Notes under the pieces: model-generated
What the model was told of the DNA's origin: nothing
What the model saw: the letters and a program-made list of their open reading frames with translations, nothing else
Database searches by the model: none
IMG/VR virus record: IMGVR_UViG_3300025099_004028
Span: 1 to 34,260 of that record
Strand: one strand, 5' to 3'
Source: a virus
Lineage: Duplodnaviria; Caudoviricetes
DNA: 34,260 bases
In this document: positions 27,038 to 34,260 of the stretch, piece after piece
How the letters are laid out: each line of letters starts with the position of its first letter
Numbering within the stretch: position 1 is the stretch's first letter
Position numbers and translations under genes: made by a program

Positions 27038-27256
27038 ATGAGTAAGTCAGTTCTTAAAGCTATTCGTAATTCAAAAGGTCGTTTCTTCGGCCTTTACACC
27101 AAGCAGGGCGAATCCCTTAACGCCCAGCTTCAATCTGAAACAGACCAAACAATTGTGATCTATGATCGCAATTTTAATCGTACCCGCCGTTTATCGAAAA
27201 CCAGTATCGCTGGAGTGCGTTCAGGTTCTCGCACCTTTGGTCGAGTTCGTGGATAA
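27038..27256 (+). CDS. Small basic protein, possible Hfq/Sm-like fold
   Basis: VLKAIR..FGLYTKQGESLNAQLQSETDQTIVI..SKTSIAGV parallels Hfq [39 protein letters not shown]. Confidence 0.5.
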   Translation: MSKSVLKAIRNSKGRFFGLYTKQGESLNAQLQSETDQTIVIYDRNFNRTRRLSKTSIAGVRSGSRTFGRVRG

Positions 27257-27265
27257 ATTAATATT

Positions 27266-27478
27266 ATGGAAAAAAGTGAGAAAGGCTTCGTGCCAACATT
27301 GTTGTTATGCTTCTTTTTAGGAGTATTTGGAGTGCATAGATTTTACGTTGGTAAAATTGGAACAGGAATTTTGTCTCTTTTGACTTTTGGAGGTCTAGGC
27401 GTATGGGCGACGATTGATTTTGTCATGATTGCCATAGGCTCGTTTAAAGACTCTCAAGGTTTAGTTATAAAAAATTAG
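27266..27478 (+). CDS. TM2-domain small membrane protein
   Basis: LLCFFLGVFGVHRFYVGKIGTGIL.LLT.GG.GVW..IDF signature. Confidence 0.88.
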   Translation: MEKSEKGFVPTLLLCFFLGVFGVHRFYVGKIGTGILSLLTFGGLGVWATIDFVMIAIGSFKDSQGLVIKN

Positions 27479-27512
27479 GATAGGTAATATTGGGTTGTAG
27501 CCATAACGCAAG

Positions 27513-27541
27513 ACCCGTCCCTTTAAAAGGGGCGGGTTTTT
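27513..27541 (+). terminator. Intrinsic (Rho-independent) terminator
   Basis: ACCCGTCCCTT / AAGGGGCGGGT 11-bp stem (one G-U pair), 3-nt loop, followed by a T tract. Confidence 0.8.
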
Positions 27542-27549
27542 GTTATAAT
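27541..27549 (+). promoter_or_regulatory. Extended -10 promoter TGtTATAAT (leaderless-type)
   Basis: TG-T-TATAAT immediately after the terminator; GTG start 5 nt later at 27555. Confidence 0.55.
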
Positions 27550-27554
27550 CATTT

Positions 27555-28625
27555 GTGAACATTAATTCAATATTCAAGGGCAGGTTATATAATTTGCCTG
27601 TTGCTAGTAACCCTAGTAAGGCAGAGCGCAAGATTGTTTCTAAAATATTAGATTCTTGCGATATTAAAACCACCGAAAGCAAAACCTCCCTTCTTTATGT
27701 TGAAGAGGATTATGATTTTTACACTATAAAGGGCGATGTTCGCGGGTTTGATTTGAAATTTTCACTAGATCATGAGAGTAAAAACTTTTTTAGAGAAATC
27801 AAAAATGTAAAATCATGCAAGTCTCAATACTCCCCGAAGTATGTAAAAAGCGATACAATAAAAGTGGGTGACAAAGTTTGTTTTCTGCTTTGCGAGTCGG
27901 ATTTATCTGAATCTTTGTTTGATTATGGCAGGTCTATCCTATCTAGTCATTTGACTTTGTTTTGCGACTGCTATGCAGATTTCGCTTCTAACTCAAACTA
28001 CAGGACTCTATATAAGACTATCGTCAAAGAGTCTGTTATGGAATCCGACATGGATCAAATATTTGATGAAGATCAAAAAGAGTTTATCCAAGATAATTCT
28101 GATTATGAAAAATGCAAAACAATTGTAGACCAACTTAAATCAGAGATATTAGATCGTGTAGAGAAGCTCCCTAAATTGTATACTGGGAATATTCTTGGTG
28201 ATATGAGTAAGAATTCTATATTTACTTGTGGAGATCAGTTTCTATTTAAAGATCTAAGGTTTGCATGCAAGGGACACATCTACTCAGATATAGCAAATAT
28301 AGTTTTATTTTATGGTTTTAATACCTTTGTAGAAAGCGAACTTTTGAAAACAGCCTCGGAGAAATGTGGAATAGATTTGAATAAAGATCTATATAGACTT
28401 TATTATGAGCTGGAGTTGAGGCGTATGGCTTTATACTATTTACTACAATATTTAAAAGAAGTTTATGTTTACGAGTCTATGAGGGTCGAAACGATAATTC
28501 AAATTATAGACTCTTTCTCTCAAAGCTATAAAAGACTTTGCAAGATACCTATTTTTAAAGAACATAGAAAGTTTATATTGAGAAATATAACGGAGCCTGT
28601 TTTTGACAGACGAGTTAAAGATTAA
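27555..28625 (+). CDS. Aminoglycoside-phosphotransferase/choline-kinase-like protein (degenerate)
   Basis: LKF..., RE, SPK, then LGDMSKNSI (HGDxxxxN-like) and FKDLRFACKGHIYSDIA (IDWE...GD...DLA-like). Confidence 0.5.
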   Translation: MNINSIFKGRLYNLPVASNPSKAERKIVSKILDSCDIKTTESKTSLLYVEEDYDFYTIKGDVRGFDLKFSLDHESKNFFREIKNVKSCKSQYSPKYVKSDTIKVGDKVCFLLCESDLSESLFDYGRSILSSHLTLFCDCYADFASNSNYRTLYKTIVKESVMESDMDQIFDEDQKEFIQDNSDYEKCKTIVDQLKSEILDRVEKLPKLYTGNILGDMSKNSIFTCGDQFLFKDLRFACKGHIYSDIANIVLFYGFNTFVESELLKTASEKCGIDLNKDLYRLYYELELRRMALYYLLQYLKEVYVYESMRVETIIQIIDSFSQSYKRLCKIPIFKEHRKFILRNITEPVFDRRVKD

Positions 28626-28628
28626 TTA

Positions 28629-28656
28629 TTGAATTATAAGATCTTTTATGTATCAT
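28629..28656 (+). promoter_or_regulatory. Sigma70-like promoter (leaderless-type)
   Basis: TTGAAT (28629-28634), 16 nt spacer, TATCAT (28651-28656); ATG 5 nt later at 28662. Confidence 0.45.
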
Positions 28657-28661
28657 CATTT

Positions 28662-29147
28662 ATGATTGTTCAGCTTTACAAACCTAACCCTAGAAATACT
28701 GGGTGCGCCTTTAGTTGTGATATCGGTAGCGCTAATCAGAAAGGCGAGCCTTGTGTTTATGTTAGGGCAGTCAAACAATTTTCTTGGGATAACAATAAGA
28801 AAACTGGTTCTTTTTCGCAAAACTCAAAGAATCCAGAAGCTTCTATTTCTATCAAACTTAACGAGGTTGAGATTGGGGGGTTGATTCATGCGATTGAAAA
28901 ATATACAGAGTTTTCTGCATATCACTCCTATGAAGACAATAAAACTCAAATTTCTTTTAAGCCTTGGGAGAGGCAGGGAAGATCTAATGCTTTCTCTTTT
29001 GGTATCATTAGGAACTCTACCAACAAGTTTGGTATTGGGGTAGAGATGTCAGAGGCTTATTGCTTGCTTGAATTTTTTAGGTTTGCCCTGCAAGAGATTT
29101 ATGCCTTCCGTCTGACTAAAAACGAAGAAATCAAGTCGCGAAAGTGA
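28662..29147 (+). CDS. Hypothetical protein, possible Whirly/PC4-like ssDNA-binding fold
   Basis: Two apparent beta-strand-plus-helix repeats; SIKLNEVEIGGLI, FSAYH and FGIGVEMSEAYCLLEFF resemble Whirly FSLSVTEIGSII, EFFHD and IYIPVTKAEFAVL. Confidence 0.45.
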   Translation: MIVQLYKPNPRNTGCAFSCDIGSANQKGEPCVYVRAVKQFSWDNNKKTGSFSQNSKNPEASISIKLNEVEIGGLIHAIEKYTEFSAYHSYEDNKTQISFKPWERQGRSNAFSFGIIRNSTNKFGIGVEMSEAYCLLEFFRFALQEIYAFRLTKNEEIKSRK

Positions 29148-31033
29148 AGAAAAAAGTTTTAATTCATTCTAATTCTTGTAAAGCCTTTACGGGTTTTGGA
29201 AAGAATAAGAAGAATATCATGCGCTACCTACAGAATACAGGTAAGTATGAATTAATCGAGTTGGCTAATGGTTTGGAGTGGTCTAATCCTCAATTATCTA
29301 TAATGCCTTGGCAAGCTGTTGGGGCGATGCCATCAAAATCCACCTTGTTAGGAATGAATCAGGAGCGTCAGAGGGCAGAAGGTTATGGCTTGTCTGCTGT
29401 TGATCGCGCAGTGAAAGAGTTCAAGCCTGATGTATATATTGGGATGGAGGATATTTGGGCGTTTCAAAATTATCATCTGAAGCCTTGGTGGAATAAAATT
29501 AATTGCATGATTTGGACTACTTTAGATAGTCTACCAATTTTATCCCAAGCTATTGAATATGCGCCAAAAACTAAGAATTACTATGTTTGGGCTTCTTTCG
29601 CTGAAAAGGCGATGAATGAGATAGGCTACAATCATGTAAAAACTCTTAAAGGGTCGTTAGAGCATGATAATTTTATACGATTGTCAGATGACAAACGTAA
29701 AAATTTACGAGAGCGTTACGGCTTATCTGATGAGTTTATTATTGGTTTTGTTTTCAGGAATCAACTGCGTAAATCTGTGCCTAACCTGCTAGAAGGTTTT
29801 AAAATTTTTAAAAGTAAAAACCCAGATTCTAACGCTAAGCTTCTTTTACATACTCATTGGTTGGAAGGGTGGGACATCAATAAATTAATCTCTGAAAAAG
29901 GTATAGATAAGTTAGATATCCTCACTACATACGTTTGCTCTAATTGTGGATCTTACCATATTTCACCTTATCAAGGTCAGAAAAAAGATTGTCCGAATTG
30001 CGGCTCAAAAGAGACTGTAAATACAACGAATACTCGAAAAGGAGTAAGTGAAAAACAGTTGAATGAAATTTATAATCTTATGGATTTATACTGTCATCCA
30101 TTTACCAGTGGTGGGCAGGAAATACCAATCCAAGAGGCTAAACTGACGGAGCTTGTGACTTTAGTGACTGACTACTCATGTGGGGTAGACAACTGTACTG
30201 AAGAAAGCGGGGGCATCCCTCTTAACTGGAGTGAGTATAGAGAACCCGGGACGCAATTTATCAAAGCTTCAACCTGCGCGAACTCAATCGCTAATCAGAT
30301 TGAAAAGGTTCACGCGATGTCATCTTCACAAAAAAGTGAGATGGGTAAAATCGCTCGTCAATGGGTGATTAATAATTTTTCTGTTGAAGTCATTGGTAAG
30401 AAGTTGGAGGAGATTATTGATAACATGCCATCTGTTGATTACGACTATGATTCAAAACATAGAGATTACAATCCAGACTATGAAGTTGGATCTTATAGCA
30501 ATAAAGAGGACTTCTTGATCAGCTTGTATAAAAACATTCTAGATGAAGATGTTGATAAAAACTCAACGGGAGTAAAGCACTGGATAGAAAAAATTCAATC
30601 AGGTGAAAAACCAGAGCAGATAATTGGTCATTTTAAAAATATTGCTAAACAACAGATTCAAAAGTATAAAGCTCTCTCTCTAGAAGATTTACTTGGTGAG
30701 GAAGATAGTGGCTCTAGAATAGCTGTCATACTCCCTCAATCCGCAGTCGATGTTTTATTGGTTAACTCTCTAATGAAAAGATTTAAAAAATTGTATTCAG
30801 ATTATAATATTTATTTTTTCACAAGTCCAGAATATTTCGAATTCATTGAGGATAGCCCCTATGTATTTAAAATTTTAAAATACGATAAAGAGATCGAAAA
30901 CTGTTTGCTTCTAGAGGGGACAGGAGAGTCCAAGGGGCTTTTTGAGGCGGCGTTTTACCCGCATACAACCACTCAGAAATCAGTATCCTTCACGCACAAT
31001 GGAATCACTAAACACGAATTTTCGTTTGTATAA
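29144..31033 (+). CDS. Multidomain glycosyltransferase: GT4-like with zinc-ribbon insert, DUF4214-like helical domain and GT9 N-terminal-like domain
   Basis: TGFG, KPDVYIGMEDIW, FRNQLRK, YNLMDLYCHPFTSGGQEIPIQEA; CSNC...CPNC; FLISLYKNILD...GVKHW; IAVILPQSAVDVLL...KKLYSDY...SPYV. Confidence 0.75.
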   Translation: MKKKVLIHSNSCKAFTGFGKNKKNIMRYLQNTGKYELIELANGLEWSNPQLSIMPWQAVGAMPSKSTLLGMNQERQRAEGYGLSAVDRAVKEFKPDVYIGMEDIWAFQNYHLKPWWNKINCMIWTTLDSLPILSQAIEYAPKTKNYYVWASFAEKAMNEIGYNHVKTLKGSLEHDNFIRLSDDKRKNLRERYGLSDEFIIGFVFRNQLRKSVPNLLEGFKIFKSKNPDSNAKLLLHTHWLEGWDINKLISEKGIDKLDILTTYVCSNCGSYHISPYQGQKKDCPNCGSKETVNTTNTRKGVSEKQLNEIYNLMDLYCHPFTSGGQEIPIQEAKLTELVTLVTDYSCGVDNCTEESGGIPLNWSEYREPGTQFIKASTCANSIANQIEKVHAMSSSQKSEMGKIARQWVINNFSVEVIGKKLEEIIDNMPSVDYDYDSKHRDYNPDYEVGSYSNKEDFLISLYKNILDEDVDKNSTGVKHWIEKIQSGEKPEQIIGHFKNIAKQQIQKYKALSLEDLLGEEDSGSRIAVILPQSAVDVLLVNSLMKRFKKLYSDYNIYFFTSPEYFEFIEDSPYVFKILKYDKEIENCLLLEGTGESKGLFEAAFYPHTTTQKSVSFTHNGITKHEFSFV

Positions 31034-32172
31034 TGTCTCACTTACTTCATGAATACTCAAAGAGTTTAGGTGTAAAAGCCTCTAGGCCAGATGTCCAACA
31101 ACATTTCTTTCCATGCTTAGACGAAAAGTTTATAGTATTTTTTGATGGCGATCAAAATCAATCTAAAATTTATAAACATTACTCTACAATCTTCCAGCTT
31201 ATAGGTAAGACTTTAAGAGATCATAATATTAAAATATACCAAATCGGAGGTGAAAAACCAATCGTTGGAGCGAATAGGCATTTGAGTTGCAGCTTTAAAA
31301 ATGAAGCTTACATAGTCTCAAAGAGTATGCTTTATATTGGCCCTGATAGTTATTTATCTCAGTATGCCAGTTCTCAAGACGTAAAAACTATTACCTTATA
31401 CGGCAGCAATTACGCAAGCAACACAAAGCCTTTTTGGGGCAGCTTTAAAAATAAAGTTTGTCTAGAGCCAGATTGGAGTTGTAAACCATGTTTTTCTAGT
31501 CATGATCCACAAAAACAAATAGATTCGATTAAACCAGAGTTAATTTGCGAAAAAATATTAGAGCTTTGCGGGTTATCTCATTTAATCTTTAATTTTAAAA
31601 CATTAAATATTGGTGATTCCTATTATCAAAAAATTGTAGAGGTTATTCCCACTTCAATAGTGGAAGGTTTACCAAAAAGCATTTTTGTTCGTATTGATTA
31701 TGGAGTGGAGGAAGAGCCTCTACTTTACTATTTCTCTAATCACGAAGTGGTGTTACTGACAGATCAGTTAGTACAGGTAAACATGTTACTTCAACATAAA
31801 GATAACATAAAAAGGATTATATACACAATCCAAGATAAAGATGATACGATTCCTGAAGAGTATTTCGAGGCTTTGAAAAAATTAAATATTGATTTTATTT
31901 TGCTATCTAAAAAAGAAGAGGACTTGCCTGAATTAAGGAATAAATATTTTGATTGTCAAGTTCATCTTAAAGATGGTGACGAGGATAGGGTAGAGTGTTC
32001 TAAAAATGCCAAGTTTTTAACGAACAAAAAACTTATTGAAGGGGATAAGGTCTACATGAGTTACGCTCATTACAAAAAAGGGCTTGACTCCTGCGATAAA
32101 GTATTGGATACTCCTGAATACTGGGAAGAGTCCAAACACTTCTATATTTATGAGCAAGAAAAAAGTAGCTAA
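31033..32172 (+). CDS. GT9 (heptosyltransferase-like) C-terminal-domain protein with an additional C-terminal region
   Basis: IYQIGG, AYIVSKSMLYIGPDSYLSQYASSQDVKTITLYG, CKPCF...IDSIKPE; TAATG-coupled to the upstream ORF. Confidence 0.6.
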   Translation: MSHLLHEYSKSLGVKASRPDVQQHFFPCLDEKFIVFFDGDQNQSKIYKHYSTIFQLIGKTLRDHNIKIYQIGGEKPIVGANRHLSCSFKNEAYIVSKSMLYIGPDSYLSQYASSQDVKTITLYGSNYASNTKPFWGSFKNKVCLEPDWSCKPCFSSHDPQKQIDSIKPELICEKILELCGLSHLIFNFKTLNIGDSYYQKIVEVIPTSIVEGLPKSIFVRIDYGVEEEPLLYYFSNHEVVLLTDQLVQVNMLLQHKDNIKRIIYTIQDKDDTIPEEYFEALKKLNIDFILLSKKEEDLPELRNKYFDCQVHLKDGDEDRVECSKNAKFLTNKKLIEGDKVYMSYAHYKKGLDSCDKVLDTPEYWEESKHFYIYEQEKSS

Positions 32173-32932
32173 GAAAGCCGCCAAGAAAGAACTATTCGGA
32201 CCTGATGTTTATCAGAGGGATGAGTATGGTCTTTTAGAGAATGTTAATTACATCTTTAATGGAGATGGTTCGGTGAACTGGAGATCTATGATCAAGCCTG
32301 AGTTTCTTTACCCAAATCGTGACTGGTTCAACTCTAGGAATAAACCTATGCCTCAATCATCCGAGGGTTTGGCTGACAATCAGCTTTTAATTATGCTTGG
32401 CGGTATTAAGGAGCTTGCTCGACTGAGGGGTTTTGAAAGCGTCTCATTTCATACAGAAAACATTTCTGAGAGCTACGTCATCGCTTCCTGTGAGATTGTG
32501 TGGTCTCCTAACTACGAAAGCGGAAAAGAGAGGGTTGTCTATCAAGATGTAGCCAATGCCACCTTAGACAATACAGACTCATTCGCTTCTAAGTTTTTGG
32601 AGACGATAGCTTGCAATAGGGCTTTCGTCCGTTGTGTTCGCAACTTCTTGAATATCCATATCGTAGGCGCAGATGAGATTGATAAGTCGAAAGGGGCTAA
32701 CAACAGTATTTCTGTAGAGTGTGTAGACGCTGCCGCTACAACACCTATTGGTCTTTTGCAAAAAACCTTACTATCTAAAAAGGGTGTCTCATCTTTTGAT
32801 GATTTCATTCAATTGCTTAAGGTGTTTTGGAAGGACGAAACTTACAAAAATGAGGATGTCGCAAAATGGAAATCTTGGAAAGATGTTCCAAGTAAAGAGA
32901 TCCGTAAGCTTATTGGGCTTTTACACAAATGA
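32150..32932 (+). CDS. Hypothetical protein, possible Rad52/Sak-like single-strand annealing domain
   Basis: ATG 32150 (MSKKKVAKKAAKK). GIKELA + three beta strands + ETIACNRAFVRCVRNFLNI resembles the A.TRA..RA.R helix of SSAPs. Confidence 0.45.
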   Translation: MSKKKVAKKAAKKELFGPDVYQRDEYGLLENVNYIFNGDGSVNWRSMIKPEFLYPNRDWFNSRNKPMPQSSEGLADNQLLIMLGGIKELARLRGFESVSFHTENISESYVIASCEIVWSPNYESGKERVVYQDVANATLDNTDSFASKFLETIACNRAFVRCVRNFLNIHIVGADEIDKSKGANNSISVECVDAAATTPIGLLQKTLLSKKGVSSFDDFIQLLKVFWKDETYKNEDVAKWKSWKDVPSKEIRKLIGLLHK

Positions 32933-33390
32933 TAAAAAGGATAGTCAGCGCGGATGAATTTTACAAGGTTGTAGATGACGTTTCTAATTATCTAGACCTC
33001 AACGAGGAGTCTAATAATTATTATTACCTAGTACCCAATAATGGAGATGCAATAAAAAAAGCTTTTGGACATGATAGAATGTTAGCTTTTAATGTGTTTG
33101 TTTGGGCTAACCTAAATAATTTAGGTAAATATGATGCTGTGATAATTTTTGTTAAAGATAAAAGTCCAAAACACGGACAAGAGATTTTTTCTGAATATGT
33201 TTGGCTGTCAGCTAATCCCAAGGCGGGTTACAAACTGTTTGCTACAGCAACAAAATTCGCTAAAAATAACGGCTTTGAATATATATCTGTGAGTATTTCG
33301 GAAAAATCTCCAAAAAAAGACAAGGTAAAAAAACTTTACAAAAAATTAGGTTTTATAAAAACCTCAGAATGTTACATAGCAAAATTATGA
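32929..33390 (+). CDS. GNAT-fold protein
   Basis: GYKLFATATKFAKNNGFEYISVS...KLYKKLGF C-terminal GNAT signature. Confidence 0.65.
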   Translation: MIKRIVSADEFYKVVDDVSNYLDLNEESNNYYYLVPNNGDAIKKAFGHDRMLAFNVFVWANLNNLGKYDAVIIFVKDKSPKHGQEIFSEYVWLSANPKAGYKLFATATKFAKNNGFEYISVSISEKSPKKDKVKKLYKKLGFIKTSECYIAKL

Positions 33391-33548
33391 GTGGAAAAAC
33401 TTGCAAAAAAATCAGAAAAGCATTATCATTAATCAATGAAGACCCGACATCAAGAAGGAATTACAGAAGATTCAAGCGTCAGTACCAACGTGTCCCATCT
33501 CAACACAAATCAGACTTCATTAAAGCGACAGAAGGACTCTTCCAGTGA
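33387..33548 (+). CDS. Small basic hypothetical protein (53 aa, absent from the supplied ORF track)
   Basis: ATG overlaps the upstream TGA (ATGA). Translates MSGKTCKKIRKALSLINEDPTSRRNYRRFKRQYQRVPSQHKSDFIKATEGLFQ, with TGA at 33546-33548. Confidence 0.65.
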   Translation: MSGKTCKKIRKALSLINEDPTSRRNYRRFKRQYQRVPSQHKSDFIKATEGLFQ

Positions 33549-33891
33549 TTGGAGTAAAAAGAGAGTCGGTGGATTTTGGATCAAAAAAGATGTATTAGGC
33601 AATAATTATTTGTCTGGTTCTGTCATAATTGAAGACGAGAATCCTGAGTGTTTTCATATCTTCAAAAATCGCTCAGAGGCTAAAAATCAACCTGATCGAA
33701 TTTGTTATAAAATATCCAGCAACTCAGAAAGGGAGGAGGTTGGCGCTTTTTGGATTAAGAAAAGCAAAAAGGGCAAAGATTACCTATCTGGGGTGATTCG
33801 CAGACCTAATAAGAGTCCTCAATCTGTTCATATTTATCCAAATGATTTTAAGCAAGGCAATCAACCTTTATATAATTGCTACTTAGTTTGA
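33436..33891 (+). CDS. Tandem DUF736-like protein (start uncertain: ATG 33436 or GTG 33490)
   Basis: Internal duplication: VGGFWIKK..NYLSG..HIFKN..KNQPD..CY and VGAFWIKK..DYLSG..HIYPN..GNQPLYNCY. Confidence 0.65.
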   Translation: MKTRHQEGITEDSSVSTNVSHLNTNQTSLKRQKDSSSDWSKKRVGGFWIKKDVLGNNYLSGSVIIEDENPECFHIFKNRSEAKNQPDRICYKISSNSEREEVGAFWIKKSKKGKDYLSGVIRRPNKSPQSVHIYPNDFKQGNQPLYNCYLV

Positions 33892-34193
33892 CTTTCGTCT
33901 CTAAGTCTTTGATTTTCTTCCCTCAAGAATTTAATCTCAACTTTCAATTCTGTAACTTGGACGGTCAGCTCACTTATTTGAATTCTCATAGCCTCCTTCT
34001 CCTCTGAGGAGCTAATAAGCAAGGCTTCTAGCTTGCTCACTCTATCAATTAGGTTACTAAGCAGGACTCCTTCTGTTTGGTAATCTAATTTTTTTATTTG
34101 CTGTTCGGCATTTAGTCTTTGACTCATATATTTCCACAAAGCTCCCCCGAATAATGCTGACACTACGGATGAGATAATTGTCCAATGATCCAT
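33879..34193 (-). CDS. Membrane-anchored coiled-coil protein (possibly holin-like/lysis accessory)
   Basis: N-terminal hydrophobic helix (IISSVVSALFGGALW) followed by a heptad-rich tail; converges on the upstream + gene. Confidence 0.6.
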   Translation of the reverse strand: MDHWTIISSVVSALFGGALWKYMSQRLNAEQQIKKLDYQTEGVLLSNLIDRVSKLEALLISSSEEKEAMRIQISELTVQVTELKVEIKFLREENQRLRDESQTK

Positions 34194-34200
34194 AGATTTA

Positions 34201-34260
34201 ATTACACAATTTATTTTAATTAATATTAAAATATTTCAAAAAATTTGATTTAGGTGTAAT
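34201..34260. promoter_or_regulatory. AT-rich divergent intergenic region with a GTGTAA motif on each strand
   Basis: TTACAC at 34202-34207 (GTGTAA on the - strand, 8 nt before ATG 34193) and GTGTAA on the + strand at 34254-34259. Confidence 0.4.

Noticed and set aside
1173-32150. Longest-ORF starts given in the track (1173, 8317, 11527, 17063, 28629, 32084)
   Set aside because: Downstream ATGs (1215, 8335, 11533, 17081, 28662, 32150) fit stop/start coupling, promoter position and domain boundaries better.
237-33221. Short antisense or alternate-frame ORFs in the supplied track (e.g. 237-449, 1124-1459, 18367-18645, 20643-20846, 27461-27682, 32542-32808)
   Set aside because: They lie within or across well-supported + strand genes and have no recognisable motifs; likely shadow ORFs.
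1-34260. Alternative genetic code (stop-codon reassignment), as seen in some large phages
   Set aside because: Conserved proteins are full-length under code 11, and TAA, TGA and TAG all end genes at sensible positions, often overlapping the next start.
1-34260. CRISPR array, tRNA/rRNA genes, IS elements or integrase
   Set aside because: Intergenic gaps are under 80 nt. No repeat-spacer pattern, cloverleaf, or transposase/integrase motif was seen.
1-34260. Ordinary bacterial chromosome or eukaryotic giant virus origin
   Set aside because: Highly divergent recA/dnaB/dnaG/dnaE clustered with orphan ORFs is unlike cellular gene order, and bacterial-type replisome genes and sigma70 promoters argue against an NCLDV. 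Phage origin remains an inference because no structural genes are in view.

Overview
A gene-dense, almost entirely + strand segment, most likely from a large (jumbo-type) tailed dsDNA phage using the standard bacterial code. The phage call is inferred from divergent, clustered replication genes, many orphan ORFs and stop/start overlaps; no structural genes are present. From left to right it holds: (1) the 3' part of a class I ribonucleotide reductase alpha gene and a basic modular protein; (2) a ~12.6 kb, 17-gene glycan island (2209-14839) with two NeuB-type nonulosonic acid synthases, a NeuA-type cytidylyltransferase, two CstII/Maf-like transferases, a PseB/FnlA-type dehydratase, an RmlD-like reductase, GNAT, PIG-L deacetylase, formyltransferase, 2OG-Fe(II) dioxygenase, FkbM methyltransferase, HAD phosphatase, three further GT-like genes and Gmd; (3) a replication/recombination block with RecA, a Vsr-like nuclease, DnaB, DnaG, a PD-(D/E)XK nuclease and a DnaE encoded as three ORFs (PHP / DEDDh exonuclease / polymerase core); (4) a ClpA/C-like ATPase; (5) accessory genes: Hfq/Sm-like, TM2, kinase-like, Whirly-like, a multidomain GT4 with a GT9 apparently split over two ORFs, Rad52-like, GNAT and a tandem DUF736-like protein. 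Several sigma70-like promoters lie only 5-11 nt upstream of start codons (leaderless-type), and a second candidate motif (G[T/C]GTAA) precedes other genes. All family calls come from motif recognition by eye, not database searches.
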